This document shows, piece after piece, positions 1 through 9,775 of a DNA stretch of 64,000 nt (position 1 is the first letter of the stretch; the number at the start of each line of letters is the position of its first letter). The notes under the pieces were generated by a model. That model was not told the origin of the DNA, ran no database searches, and saw only the letters and a list, made by a program, of their open reading frames with translations. Made by a program: the position numbers and the translations under genes. Source of the stretch: a virus; the IMG/VR virus record IMGVR_UViG_3300009194_000010, positions 5,830-69,829 of that record; one strand, given 5' to 3'.

Positions 1-149
1 GGACAATGACTAACGCCACAAAACGTCGGGTGACGGTAGTAGCGAACGACCTTACCTTCTGAGAGAAAGGGGCGACCAAACTCATCAGTCAGCTCAACCG
101 TGTCATCGTCGGGGTGATCCCCGTTACTAAACCATTGGATCGCATTCAT
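1..149 (-). CDS. hypothetical protein, runs off the left edge (MNAIQWFSNGDHPDD...)
   Basis: ATG at 149 with upstream AAGGA RBS; frame open to the window edge. Confidence 0.55.
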   Translation of the reverse strand, partial: MNAIQWFSNGDHPDDDTVELTDEFGRPFLSEGKVVRYYRHPTFCGVSHC

Positions 150-185
150 GGCCGGTGTCCTTATTGTGTTGTATGGCGCGGGTGA

Positions 186-275
186 TTAGCCGCCGATGAA
201 TTCCTGCCACTGCTTGTCGGCTTCGGCTTGGACGCGAGCGCGCTCGCCCAGGATATCGATGAGCTTGGGTTCCAT
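186..275 (-). CDS. 29-aa small protein MEPKLIDILGERARVQAEADKQWQEFIGG
   Basis: AGGAG RBS upstream of ATG; not in ORF track because of its length. Confidence 0.45.
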   Translation of the reverse strand: MEPKLIDILGERARVQAEADKQWQEFIGG

Positions 276-341
276 GGTGGTTCTCCTATGGACGCGATAG
301 ACGGTAGTGTCTATACCATCTATCGGTCAGTATCGGTTGTC

Positions 342-2468
342 TTAGTAGTAATCCGACACCAGTCGGGTCAGTTTCTTGTCCTGCAGGAAGATTCCTAAGG
401 ACTCCAACATCAGGTAGAACACCCCCATGGTGTTGAAGATGATCTTGCGGATATCCACACCGGCCACAATCTCCTTGGGAATCCCTGAGGTTTCCACCAC
501 AGTCGCTGGAATCAGTAGCGTCGACAGATCCTTACGTTTACGTTCCAACATCCACTGCTTGAGCTTGGCGGCTAACGCCGGGTTGCCCATGCGCTCACAC
601 CAGGCATCTACCTCGGTTTTGTTGCCACAGGCCAGTGAGACCTTGACCACCGCGTATGGGGGCTCCTTGGTTTCCCCGAGGAAGGGCCCAAACACATCAC
701 GCCACAGCTCGTAATGCATGTAGTTGGACACCGCAGGGTTCTTGTAGGAGTCCATCGACTTGACCTGACCTGAGGTCATGTACTCGTAGCTACCGGAATG
801 AATGCTGGTGGTGATATCCCGTTCAATATCCCCGATGCGTTTGAGAATGTCACGCATATCCAACAGTTCTTCATTCTTGATGGTCGCGATGATCTCTTCC
901 ATCATTTCCTTGGCGGTATCGTTGATCCGCTTAGGTACCTTTGAGTCCCTCAGCCCTACACCCTTGACTTCTAGCTTGGCCTTGGCAAACATCAAGCCTT
1001 CCTGGGCGTCCTGAGAGGCGTAGTAATGCTTGGAGCGGGTGGTCATCGACAGTACGGCAAAGTAGAACTCGTTCTTCATTGCCAGCAGTCGCAGGCGTTT
1101 GTCCGACACCCCCATGTTGGCGGATTGGATGGCCAGAATATGTAGCATCAACTCACTGACCAGGAAGACCATCGCAAATACCACTCGCTTGGCTTCCGGG
1201 GCATACGAGATATGGCCAAAGCACTGCTCCACCCAGTACTGCATGGTGAACATGGTGGAGTCAGTATCTGATACCACCGCTGCACGCCGGTAGGCGCTGG
1301 GAAACGCATGGATCGAACTGGGCACGGTGGGGGTGAGCCACAGACCCTTGATCAACGGATCATATTTGTTCAGGACATCAATGACCCGAGCACCAGTGGC
1401 TTTGATGCGATCCCAAATTTCCGGGTTTTCTTTCAGCAGGTCTTCCTTGGGACGCCCCGCCACTTCATCATAACACAGGAAGTTGGCCAACAACTGTACA
1501 TCTTCGTCGCATTCATCAAAGCGGTCATCACTGACGGTATTGGCCTCATCGCCAATCGCCGAGAGTTCTTTCAAGAAACCCACCACGAACTCTGGGTTGT
1601 GTTTGTGGAGGTGATAAAGGTCCGACACATACACCACAGCCGCTCGTTCAACCGGAGTCATGTTCTCGGCCATGCTTTGGAACAGGGAGACATGTTGGGG
1701 AGACTGCCAGTACAAGTCGCTAGAATAGCGTATACAGGCGACAACATCCTCGGGGGTGGGGTAGACAAGGTTAAACGTTTCGCAAGCGTGTGCGACCGCG
1801 TTGAGGTCACTGTTGTTGATAATTGACAACAGGTTGGCCTTGGTTACCTCAGGACTGTAGTAATGGCGATTACCGGCAATGAATTTCTCGTTAGCTGAGT
1901 TGGCATACGAGGTCGCGGTTCGACAGGTTGAGGTCAGTGACGAGTGGGTAGACTTGTAATAAAGAATCGTGGCGGTAGAGACAGTTGCACCCGAATACGA
2001 GTTGTTGTTGATCTTGAGGTTGTTCTGCTCACCCTTCTTGACCAGTGCCTTCTCTTCATTACCGAGACGTTCTGCTTCAAACATCTCTTTTTTGACACCC
2101 TTACGTTTCTTGACCCCTTCTTCGATATACTGCGCATGGGTAGACTGTTTTTGAGTGTCCGGCAGATAGGCCGCCATCGAGGGCGACAAGGTAAAGTCGT
2201 TTTTCGATACCCGGGCCAGGAAGGTCATGAACGTGGCCCCTTCCTTCTGCCGATCACCGTTCTTGTCCTTGGTCAGGATCAACGCCTTAGGATCTTGCAT
2301 CCCCTGAGGCGCGCCGGGGCGGGTCTGTTCTTTAACGTACTCCAGACATTCGTCGATCGGACGGCCGGTCTGAAGCTGTAGGTATTTGGCGGCGTCTTGT
2401 TGATAGCCGGTAACCACACCCAGATCACGGGTATAGTGGTCATTGGACAGAATGAACGGATTGTGCAT
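342..2468 (-). CDS. family B DNA polymerase, catalytic subunit (phiKZ-type split polymerase)
   Basis: Motif B-like KxxxNSYSG (NLKINNNSYSGA) and motif C SDTDSTMF. Start placed at MHNPF (2468) because the longer ORF-track start runs through a terminator and promoter. Confidence 0.85.
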   Translation of the reverse strand: MHNPFILSNDHYTRDLGVVTGYQQDAAKYLQLQTGRPIDECLEYVKEQTRPGAPQGMQDPKALILTKDKNGDRQKEGATFMTFLARVSKNDFTLSPSMAAYLPDTQKQSTHAQYIEEGVKKRKGVKKEMFEAERLGNEEKALVKKGEQNNLKINNNSYSGATVSTATILYYKSTHSSLTSTCRTATSYANSANEKFIAGNRHYYSPEVTKANLLSIINNSDLNAVAHACETFNLVYPTPEDVVACIRYSSDLYWQSPQHVSLFQSMAENMTPVERAAVVYVSDLYHLHKHNPEFVVGFLKELSAIGDEANTVSDDRFDECDEDVQLLANFLCYDEVAGRPKEDLLKENPEIWDRIKATGARVIDVLNKYDPLIKGLWLTPTVPSSIHAFPSAYRRAAVVSDTDSTMFTMQYWVEQCFGHISYAPEAKRVVFAMVFLVSELMLHILAIQSANMGVSDKRLRLLAMKNEFYFAVLSMTTRSKHYYASQDAQEGLMFAKAKLEVKGVGLRDSKVPKRINDTAKEMMEEIIATIKNEELLDMRDILKRIGDIERDITTSIHSGSYEYMTSGQVKSMDSYKNPAVSNYMHYELWRDVFGPFLGETKEPPYAVVKVSLACGNKTEVDAWCERMGNPALAAKLKQWMLERKRKDLSTLLIPATVVETSGIPKEIVAGVDIRKIIFNTMGVFYLMLESLGIFLQDKKLTRLVSDYY

Positions 2469-2503
2469 GATAGAAGCCTGCCTTGCTGACGGTTGTGTTC
2501 TCT

Positions 2504-2530
2504 CTATGTCATAGAGCCTTCGGGTATTTT
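2504..2530 (-). promoter_or_regulatory. phage middle-type promoter (AAATAC-N15-CATAG)
   Basis: Same motif and spacing as upstream of PhuZ and the 14.3-kb RNA candidate. Confidence 0.55.
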
Positions 2531-2546
2531 CGCCCCGGGTTACGCG

Positions 2547-2572
2547 AAAAAAAAAGCGCCCCGAAGGGCGCT
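2547..2572 (-). terminator. intrinsic terminator
   Basis: On the minus strand: AGCGCCC-UUCG-GGGCGCU followed by a U-run. Confidence 0.75.
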
Positions 2573-2620
2573 GAGGAGTATTAAACGAGGCTGTTACATA
2601 CAAGGATGCTCAGCGTATTT

Positions 2621-3031
2621 TTAGACAGACTTTTGGACATCGTCGGGACGATATCCGTTGGCGGATAACGCATTGATCATGCGCTCCAGATCCACGTCAG
2701 TCTTGTTCTCGAAGACCATGGTCACCTGACCCGCCACCGAAATCTGGATGGTCTCCTGACGAATCCACGGAATCCCGATCATGGTGTATTCGCCATTCGG
2801 AAACTGAATCCGGATGTAGGGGTATTTGAACGGATCATTCGGTACGCCTGCTGGCAGGGTCGGATACACCGCTGCGTGCACGGCTTCGATATCCATGCCG
2901 TATGAAGCGGCGGTTTGGGCACTGACGATTCCCTCGAGTCGGACGTTACGGAAATTGTTTCCGATCACGTTGGTCGGGTAGACCTCGAAAGAGAAAATCT
3001 GGTTTAAACGAACGTCATAAATGGAAGGCAT
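2621..3031 (-). CDS. conserved phiKZ-like phage protein upstream of DNA polymerase (gp49-like)
   Basis: 136-aa ORF; position and GIPWI motif recalled from phiKZ-like phages. Confidence 0.6.
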   Translation of the reverse strand: MPSIYDVRLNQIFSFEVYPTNVIGNNFRNVRLEGIVSAQTAASYGMDIEAVHAAVYPTLPAGVPNDPFKYPYIRIQFPNGEYTMIGIPWIRQETIQISVAGQVTMVFENKTDVDLERMINALSANGYRPDDVQKSV

Positions 3032-3033
3032 GG

Positions 3034-3411
3034 TTAGCTCCTTGGGGTTGATAAGTGGAGAATGACCACCGCCGTCCCTTTTGCATCCACGGGAACAAAT
3101 GCCAAGAATTCCCCTTCAGGAAAATGCTGAAGGGTTGCCTCTAGCTCTCGTCCTATGGTCTCCACCCCATCCATGATCAGCTCATCGACTTCATCCAGTC
3201 CGTCGAAGAGGATTTCCGGGAAGGGTTCACCAAACACTGCGTGTTCGTCATCGAGAGGTAGTTGATGCTTCTCGATTAGGTAGCGCAGTCTCAGTAGGAG
3301 ACGTTTATGCTGCTGGGGACTGTACGGGGCGTCACCACTTTCGGTACTGACTATGGAGTGGTATAGCTGCTCAAGCGATGGGTATTTGACGGTGACGGTG
3401 ACGAGAGACAT
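3034..3411 (-). CDS. hypothetical protein
   Basis: 125-aa ORF in tightly packed minus-strand operon, AAGGA RBS. Confidence 0.7.
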   Translation of the reverse strand: MSLVTVTVKYPSLEQLYHSIVSTESGDAPYSPQQHKRLLLRLRYLIEKHQLPLDDEHAVFGEPFPEILFDGLDEVDELIMDGVETIGRELEATLQHFPEGEFLAFVPVDAKGTAVVILHLSTPRS

Positions 3412-3457
3412 GGCCTGGGGTTCCTTGGCGATCGATTCACGTTTTTCTTCTACACCA

Positions 3458-3823
3458 TTAGATCACCAACGCCACGTTGCGCTGAGTATCGGTGCGTGCG
3501 TATATAGCAATTGTGTGTGGATCGTGGCCAATCGACCGTTCTAATGTCTCGCGTACCGTATGCAGATATCTCACACCATCAAACAACAGGGTGTTACGGG
3601 TTTGTTCTGTTAGGTTGTTGAACCCCTCGATACTCTCCATCACGATGCTCACATACCCGATGTAATCCTGGATATTTTCGAGTTCTTCCATTCCAAGACG
3701 ACATCGGTATTTGTAGAAGTCGTGAATGAGCGCATGCGAGAGACGGGTTCCGTATTCGGGCTGCTCTGGTGTATGCAACAACCCGAAGTCACGGATATCA
3801 TGCATGCATAGGCTGGTAGACAC
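3458..3823 (-). CDS. hypothetical protein
   Basis: 121-aa ORF, AAGGAGG RBS before GTG. Confidence 0.7.
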   Translation of the reverse strand: MSTSLCMHDIRDFGLLHTPEQPEYGTRLSHALIHDFYKYRCRLGMEELENIQDYIGYVSIVMESIEGFNNLTEQTRNTLLFDGVRYLHTVRETLERSIGHDPHTIAIYARTDTQRNVALVI

Positions 3824-3837
3824 GCGACCTCCTTGTT

Positions 3838-4260
3838 TTACAGCAGTGATTGTTGTATCATTTCGGGGGTGTCATCGAAGACAAGGAATAGCACCGGAAG
3901 GGACCATGCGGTCCCTTCCCATTGGCCACCTGCAGTGTCCAGGTACTGTCCACTGAAGTTATACATCACCATCTGGAATGCATGGCGATGGGCACGTTCC
4001 AGAGACATGAAACGTTCCCGTATCAACGACAACGATACCCCTTCAAGCGAATACCCTTGCTGGATCACCTCCAGTTCCAGATCACTGGGTTCGTGGGGAG
4101 GATGTCCCAGTGGGACACATTGGTTTTTCATGTAGAAGTATTCAATGAATGCCCACCACACGCCATCGGGATCTTGTCCTTCGTCGCTGCAGTAGTCAAA
4201 CAACGGAGCCAAGTGGCCACCAACTTCCCATGGACAAAACGTGAGTGCCACGGTTTTCAT
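3838..4260 (-). CDS. hypothetical protein
   Basis: 140-aa ORF in operon. Confidence 0.7.
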   Translation of the reverse strand: MKTVALTFCPWEVGGHLAPLFDYCSDEGQDPDGVWWAFIEYFYMKNQCVPLGHPPHEPSDLELEVIQQGYSLEGVSLSLIRERFMSLERAHRHAFQMVMYNFSGQYLDTAGGQWEGTAWSLPVLFLVFDDTPEMIQQSLL

Positions 4261-4263
4261 TTC

Positions 4264-4821
4264 TTAAGCCCCCACCATCGGCCCTGCGTAGGACGATGTA
4301 AACCGCGGTCCCGGGATACGACGATGGCGATCGTAGATATCCTGCAGTTGGGCGTAAACATCCTGCATATGAAACCCGGTGTCCACCGGACAGGTTTCCA
4401 CGATCAGAATAGCCAGTTGGTTACGGGGGTCGGGATGGTGACGGTTGAAGTCGAAATGCATGTCGTCGATCTCCTCCCCGTACCCTTCCAAGTGACCCAC
4501 GATTTGGGCGAGCGCTGGCTGGACGGCAATGTGGGCATGGGCAAGATTGTTGGCAATCACCCCCATGGCCTCGTAGCGGCGATCCATCTGAATCCACTGA
4601 CCGTTAAGATACTCATCCATCAAGTACTCAATGTCAGGTGGGGCCATGGCGTGGCTATGGACATGATAGAGATACTGTGAGAAAACAGTGTAGACATAGT
4701 AGCGCAAGGCATTGCCTAACTCACTACCTTCGACAACTGATGGAAGTCCCACCAAATACCGCTCGATATTGATGAGGTAGGGTTCGATCGTAGTGCGTTC
4801 TATGCTCAATGTGAATTTCAT
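4264..4821 (-). CDS. hypothetical protein
   Basis: 185-aa ORF, translationally coupled (TGATG overlap). Confidence 0.7.
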   Translation of the reverse strand: MKFTLSIERTTIEPYLINIERYLVGLPSVVEGSELGNALRYYVYTVFSQYLYHVHSHAMAPPDIEYLMDEYLNGQWIQMDRRYEAMGVIANNLAHAHIAVQPALAQIVGHLEGYGEEIDDMHFDFNRHHPDPRNQLAILIVETCPVDTGFHMQDVYAQLQDIYDRHRRIPGPRFTSSYAGPMVGA

Positions 4822-5273
4822 CAGTAACTCCTCGGGTCATGCGGCAACAGATAGTGAGTTGTTGCCTTCACCACAAAATAGTCTGGGGTTAGCCGTTCCA
4901 TGCGGAGCTCTGAGACGGCTTGTTGTTCGGTCATAGCCGTTAAGGCTGTCATGACATCACCCAAGCAGTATTCCGTTAACCGCTCCACAACCTCCGCATA
5001 ATGCTCGTACCACCCCCCATTGACTACCTGTCCGGAGTGCTGGTCGATCATTGTCCCCAGCGCGCCAAGCTCCACCAGCTCCAAATAGGCCAGTTGGTAA
5101 TGCTCCGCCAGTAGGTCGTGGCTATGGGCACAACGGTTATGGAAGAGGTAGGTGGCATATTGCAGGAAGGTATTGGCGGCCCGGCGTACGGCGTCAAAAC
5201 CAAGGTGGATGTTGAGTTGTCGAGATAATGGCTTCGTGGAGAGAACGATGTAGCAGTGCATACGTTTAACCAT
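4821..5273 (-). CDS. hypothetical protein
   Basis: 150-aa ORF in operon. Confidence 0.65.
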   Translation of the reverse strand: MVKRMHCYIVLSTKPLSRQLNIHLGFDAVRRAANTFLQYATYLFHNRCAHSHDLLAEHYQLAYLELVELGALGTMIDQHSGQVVNGGWYEHYAEVVERLTEYCLGDVMTALTAMTEQQAVSELRMERLTPDYFVVKATTHYLLPHDPRSY

Positions 5274-5679
5274 TGGTCAAGACCACCAGATATAGCATTT
5301 CGGGGTGGAAACATCCACTCCATGCCACCTCATAGGTGTATGTGGGAAGTAGTCGTCGGGCTAGTACGGCGGCCATGATCATTCCCTCCTCGTAATATTG
5401 CTGGATACCAAACTCATCGATCCCGGGTTGACGGTTGCCCCGCCAGTCTTCCTCATAGTAACCAATGACGTCCAATAGCATATCGCGGGTATAGACATCT
5501 GGGTACTCCACGTCGTCCGTGGCAGGAAGTAGATCAACAAGCCCAGCAAGTATTTGAAAAGAGACCTCGGTGGGAATCCCGAGCATAACCCCCCGGCCCA
5601 TGAGACCGGGGTATTGATGGAAGATCCCTTTCAGATCAAGGCCGACCATCACCTTAACCGTCTTAATTGTTTCGTTCAT
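5266..5679 (-). CDS. hypothetical protein
   Basis: Start at MNETIK after GGAGGAG RBS. Confidence 0.65.
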   Translation of the reverse strand: MNETIKTVKVMVGLDLKGIFHQYPGLMGRGVMLGIPTEVSFQILAGLVDLLPATDDVEYPDVYTRDMLLDVIGYYEEDWRGNRQPGIDEFGIQQYYEEGMIMAAVLARRLLPTYTYEVAWSGCFHPEMLYLVVLTNG

Positions 5680-6676
5680 ACTCCTCCAAGCGACGGCGCT
5701 CACGCTCGGGAATCCAGTCTCCCCGTACAATGGATTGACGGAGTTCTTCGAAATAGGACGCTTCCTCGTTCTGTGGTAGCTCTGAATGATAGAACCGGAC
5801 AGTAAAAGTTTGCGTCAATTCGGCCCGATAGGGCATGAAGGGTTTGATGTTGGACCTCAGGAACATCAGGTCGAAATCCTTCATTACTGGATCTACGAAG
5901 CGCTGGAAGAACTCTTCGTATGAAGGAACTCCCATATTGAGCAGGATCTCTTCGGTGCAGGGACCGTCTTGACCAAACACCACGCGCGGGTAACGGCGGC
6001 GAATGGCATCCATTAACATGGGACGCAGTGGGATGTGACGTGAGGCCTCGCCGATGTGGGTGTACAGCTGCTGGTAGATGTAATTGGCTACCGTGCTGAT
6101 ATCCACCGCCAAGCACTCATTCTCGTCGTCACTGTACCCATGGGTACGTTCCCAGTCGGCGATACGGTAATCTTGACCACCGATCAACGCCAGCATCGAT
6201 GGGGTATCAAACACATCCCATTGACGCCACACCTCACCGCCAATATGGGTACCCAGCATCCGGTGCAGTTCGATGACCGTGGTATCCACCAGCTCATGTG
6301 AGAGGAAGTCCTCCGCCAATAGCAAGTCGGCATCTTCTGGGATGGCGCAATCCCGCAGTGCCTGGGCAATGCTGGTCACCGGAGAGGCCGGTGTCCGATA
6401 CCGCACCGTTTGACTCACACACTCGTCAATTAACGCCTTGACGATCAGCAACGCACGTGGCCGCGTCAGTTTGGTGATTGGTGGTACGGTGATTTCAACG
6501 TCTTCTTCGGTCGTTTCGAAACGACTGATCTGTTGCCCACCAACGTTCATCTGGCGATACCGTCCGGTAACTCGACTCTCTTGTGTCACGAACGGCTTCT
6601 TGGTATATGCCTCCGATGCATGTATCAGCGCATTCACGTAACCCATGGTGTCAAGTACAACAAATACATTTTGCAT
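5663..6676 (-). CDS. hypothetical protein
   Basis: Long ORF; likely start MQNVFV abutting the upstream stop. Confidence 0.7.
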   Translation of the reverse strand: MQNVFVVLDTMGYVNALIHASEAYTKKPFVTQESRVTGRYRQMNVGGQQISRFETTEEDVEITVPPITKLTRPRALLIVKALIDECVSQTVRYRTPASPVTSIAQALRDCAIPEDADLLLAEDFLSHELVDTTVIELHRMLGTHIGGEVWRQWDVFDTPSMLALIGGQDYRIADWERTHGYSDDENECLAVDISTVANYIYQQLYTHIGEASRHIPLRPMLMDAIRRRYPRVVFGQDGPCTEEILLNMGVPSYEEFFQRFVDPVMKDFDLMFLRSNIKPFMPYRAELTQTFTVRFYHSELPQNEEASYFEELRQSIVRGDWIPERERRRLEEYERNN

Positions 6677-6677
6677 G

Positions 6678-7025
6678 TCAGTTCCCGTCCGGCGTATAGT
6701 AGTCATCCAGATAAGCAACCCACATCGTCGTGTCATGATGTTTGGTGATCACGCGTTTCCCTTCCTCGAATAACGTGGGAAACCGTAACAACCGGTACAT
6801 GGCGCTGATGGCGTGCGTCTGGTGGTCGAAATGATTTATTCGGTCTGCCAACCGTTGGGGGTAGAATCCCTCAACGGTGTGATGAAGATAGCGGTGTAGG
6901 ACAAAATGCGTAAAGTCAACGATGTCCGGTTGACTCAGTTCAGGCAGCAGGTCAATTACGCTCGACAGGTCATAGGCGACCACTGTGGCTCGTGACGTAA
7001 AATGACTGGGAGGTGCCGATAACAT
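6678..7025 (-). CDS. hypothetical protein
   Basis: 115-aa ORF downstream of an early-type promoter motif. Confidence 0.6.
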   Translation of the reverse strand: MLSAPPSHFTSRATVVAYDLSSVIDLLPELSQPDIVDFTHFVLHRYLHHTVEGFYPQRLADRINHFDHQTHAISAMYRLLRFPTLFEEGKRVITKHHDTTMWVAYLDDYYTPDGN

Positions 7026-7058
7026 AATTGGATCCTTATCACTAGGGTTAGTTTCTCC

Positions 7059-7080
7059 TAGTGATGATGTAGATGTGAAA
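7059..7080 (-). promoter_or_regulatory. early-type phage promoter motif (TTTCACATCTACATCATCACTA)
   Basis: Related copies at 40401-40419, 44833-44851, 53651-53671 and 63157-63175, each upstream of minus-strand small-gene operons. Confidence 0.5.
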
Positions 7081-7179
7081 AGCCGTAGGATTGTCTCTCA
7101 GGGGCTTTCCTATAGTATTCTGGGCCCACGTACTTCTTCCGGACAAAACGGCTCACAGAGCCTTATAGGAGCTTCTTGA

Positions 7180-7977
7180 ATGAACCCCATCACAAAAGCC
7201 ATGGACGAGATCCAGTTCTCGATTCCACGGGAAATTCTCAATCAGGTCTTCATTACGCAGGATCTGCAGTTCTGTAATAACATGGTCTCGCTGGAAACTA
7301 GAATACGCGAGCAGGTCCTAGACCCGCGTGTACTGGTGGATCTGGACCTGCATGGGGGGACCGAAGCGTTTATCCCACTTGACAGTCCGGTGCGGACCGA
7401 ACAAGCCGATCCCTATACTGTCATCTACCATATTCCGGATGAAGTGGTGCAAAACCGTCCCATTGTTCAGGTCTTTTCCGTCCACTTTGCGATCCTTGGG
7501 TATCAGAATGCGGGGATGGCCCTACACTATACCGAATCCCCCATGGCGGCCGAAACCCGTCGGGTGTTGGACAGCGCGATGCGGGTCCCGCCGGCGATGA
7601 CGTCTTACCTGAACTTGATTGCCCACAACACCGTCATGGCCCGTTACGTATACCTGCCTTACCGCACCGCATTCATGCGTGTTCGGTTGGGGAACGATAA
7701 CGCCCTGAGCCATATTCGTCCGCAGTCGTTCCCAGACTTCGCGCAACTTTGTGTGTTGGCGGTTAAGGCTTACATCTACAATCGGATGTACATCGCCATT
7801 GACCAAGGGCAGCTGTCTGGCGGTCAGATGCTCGGGGCGTTCAAAGAGATGGTCATGAACTACGCCGATGCCGATCAGATGTATCGGGATTATCTGCGTC
7901 GTTGGAAGAAAATTAGCGTGTTTAATGACGCTGAAGCCAACAGAAGACATATAAGAACAATAGTCGGGGGGCCCTAA
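7180..7977 (+). CDS. putative virion structural protein (phiKZ gp42-like)
   Basis: 265-aa ORF opposite to flanking genes; N-terminus MNPITKAMDEIQFSIPREIL and LAVKAYIYN motif recalled from phiKZ-like structural proteins. Confidence 0.65.
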   Translation: MNPITKAMDEIQFSIPREILNQVFITQDLQFCNNMVSLETRIREQVLDPRVLVDLDLHGGTEAFIPLDSPVRTEQADPYTVIYHIPDEVVQNRPIVQVFSVHFAILGYQNAGMALHYTESPMAAETRRVLDSAMRVPPAMTSYLNLIAHNTVMARYVYLPYRTAFMRVRLGNDNALSHIRPQSFPDFAQLCVLAVKAYIYNRMYIAIDQGQLSGGQMLGAFKEMVMNYADADQMYRDYLRRWKKISVFNDAEANRRHIRTIVGGP

Positions 7978-7993
7978 TGAAATAGGGACAGAC

Positions 7994-8028
7994 AAAAGAG
8001 AGTTCGCCAGCGGCGAACTCTCTTTATG
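7994..8028. terminator. bidirectional terminator hairpin
   Basis: AAAGAGAGTTCGCC-AGC-GGCGAACTCTCTTT between convergent genes. Confidence 0.75.
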
Positions 8029-9051
8029 TTAATCAACATAAAACCAATCCTTGTATTCTTCAGTGTTGCCATTAATCCAACGATGTACTGTAGAAAAATT
8101 AAGGCCCAAACTACGCGCTGCGTCTCTTACGCTCGTATAAACAACCCCATTGATACATACTTTACGGGGCGTTGCTCCTGCATTACTGATTTTTCTGGCC
8201 TTGCTCATATTTTCCCTACGGGTGTCAGAAAAAACCACACCCTTATATGAAACTAAAGCCAATGAATTGCGTGCATCGGGGGAACTATTAAACAGTTGTT
8301 TTGTTTCCCAGTTAACTTCTAGAAGATACTGCTCAATTTGGTATGCGTGTTCTCTATTCTTTACCATGAAACACGATGCTTTGATTAATGGATCTTCATT
8401 GTACGCTGTTTGTAAATTATAATTTTGGTGTTTATTTCTTTTAAGTGCGTGTCGGTGCGTTATTAAACGAGTATATAGGTTGGATGTGCTACCGATATAA
8501 AACTGCTCTGTTTTGGGGTGGTATATCACATACACCCCCGGTATTTTAGATCCAAAACATACGTCCTCAGTTACATTATCTAGACCTTCAACCCCATACA
8601 GAGAAAGTTCGTCTAATGTAATAAGTTCTAAGAACTTTTCGTTATCTTTCTCAGGCGGGACACCTAAACGTATTGTGGGGTCCGTATCGCTTTGTAAAGC
8701 TACAGTTTTAGCTTTCTCTGATATTTCCTCATCGGGTACCAAACTACCGACTATTGGATTTAGAGATCTTCCTTCCTTAACAAAATACTCAATTAAAGCA
8801 TTCTTTATTTTCTGACGATCCTCTTTCTCTTTTACAACATAATACACGTGGTATAAATCTTTAGAATCATTGTAAATTTCTTGTAGAATACGGTTATGGT
8901 GTTGGTTCCTGCTTAGAAGCCAATAATGTTTGTATACACTTTTATTAGGGTTGATCGAAGTACCTACATAAACCTTACGTGTTTTGACATGGTGTATCAC
9001 ATAAACCACACGTTCATGTTCGTTGTGTTTGAACTCGACTTTACAAAACAT
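8029..9051 (-). CDS. free-standing homing endonuclease with two GIY-YIG domains and C-terminal NUMOD1-like HTH
   Basis: VYVI...VYVGTS and VYVI...FYIGST motifs, each followed by H(H/Q)NxxLQ; C-terminal INGVVYTSVRDAARSLG; visibly AT-rich relative to flanks. Confidence 0.85.
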   Translation of the reverse strand: MFCKVEFKHNEHERVVYVIHHVKTRKVYVGTSINPNKSVYKHYWLLSRNQHHNRILQEIYNDSKDLYHVYYVVKEKEDRQKIKNALIEYFVKEGRSLNPIVGSLVPDEEISEKAKTVALQSDTDPTIRLGVPPEKDNEKFLELITLDELSLYGVEGLDNVTEDVCFGSKIPGVYVIYHPKTEQFYIGSTSNLYTRLITHRHALKRNKHQNYNLQTAYNEDPLIKASCFMVKNREHAYQIEQYLLEVNWETKQLFNSSPDARNSLALVSYKGVVFSDTRRENMSKARKISNAGATPRKVCINGVVYTSVRDAARSLGLNFSTVHRWINGNTEEYKDWFYVD

Positions 9052-9220
9052 ATACCTTCCCCATTTTTCAGTTCTGTGTATGTGATTGGTAACGCTAGTT
9101 TAAAATTTCCTTCAACGACCCGGAAGCCCATCGTCGTCACATCCGCACCATCGTGGGTGGGCCGTAACAAAAAAATAAGGCATATAGGTCGTCCCCTAGG
9201 GGACGACCTGTTTATGTCAT

Positions 9221-9685
9221 TTACCAGAATGGAGCATCCAGAATGGCATTCTCCAGTAAGGTAATTACCTGGGTGGTCTCCGCATCGTTCCGTGCCGACC
9301 AGCGCAGAATAATGGCTGGGTAGGTTGGTGGCAAATCGAACTCTTCGACATCTTCCTCGTCGACATCGAATTCCCACGGCAGCCAGGCGATCTCGCATTT
9401 AACGGGGACCGACATGGGTCTTACTGCCAACATCCCCGATAAAGCAAGATACAGGAAGGGTCCGACTAGCTCCGTTCCAGGGTTTTCGTCAAAGACCAGT
9501 ATCAGATAACCGTCTTCGCCATACATCGGTGCCCCCACTGACGACTTGAGCACCTCCACACCTTTGTGTGACCTTATTGCCTTGACTAACGGTTCTATCT
9601 CTTCATCAACATACCGATAGCCCAGCTCTTCGTTTTCAGATTTGATATAGCCGAAGTAGAAACCGTCAATGCATAATTCTTTCAT
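9221..9685 (-). CDS. hypothetical protein
   Basis: 154-aa acidic ORF with AAGGAG RBS, flanked by terminator hairpins. Confidence 0.7.
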   Translation of the reverse strand: MKELCIDGFYFGYIKSENEELGYRYVDEEIEPLVKAIRSHKGVEVLKSSVGAPMYGEDGYLILVFDENPGTELVGPFLYLALSGMLAVRPMSVPVKCEIAWLPWEFDVDEEDVEEFDLPPTYPAIILRWSARNDAETTQVITLLENAILDAPFW

Positions 9686-9775
9686 TTTGTTTCTCCTTTA
9701 TGCGTTGTGGCATAAATGTCCTCCCCGGAATTGGGGAGGACTTATGTCGTATTATCCATGATCACCCAAGAAGGG

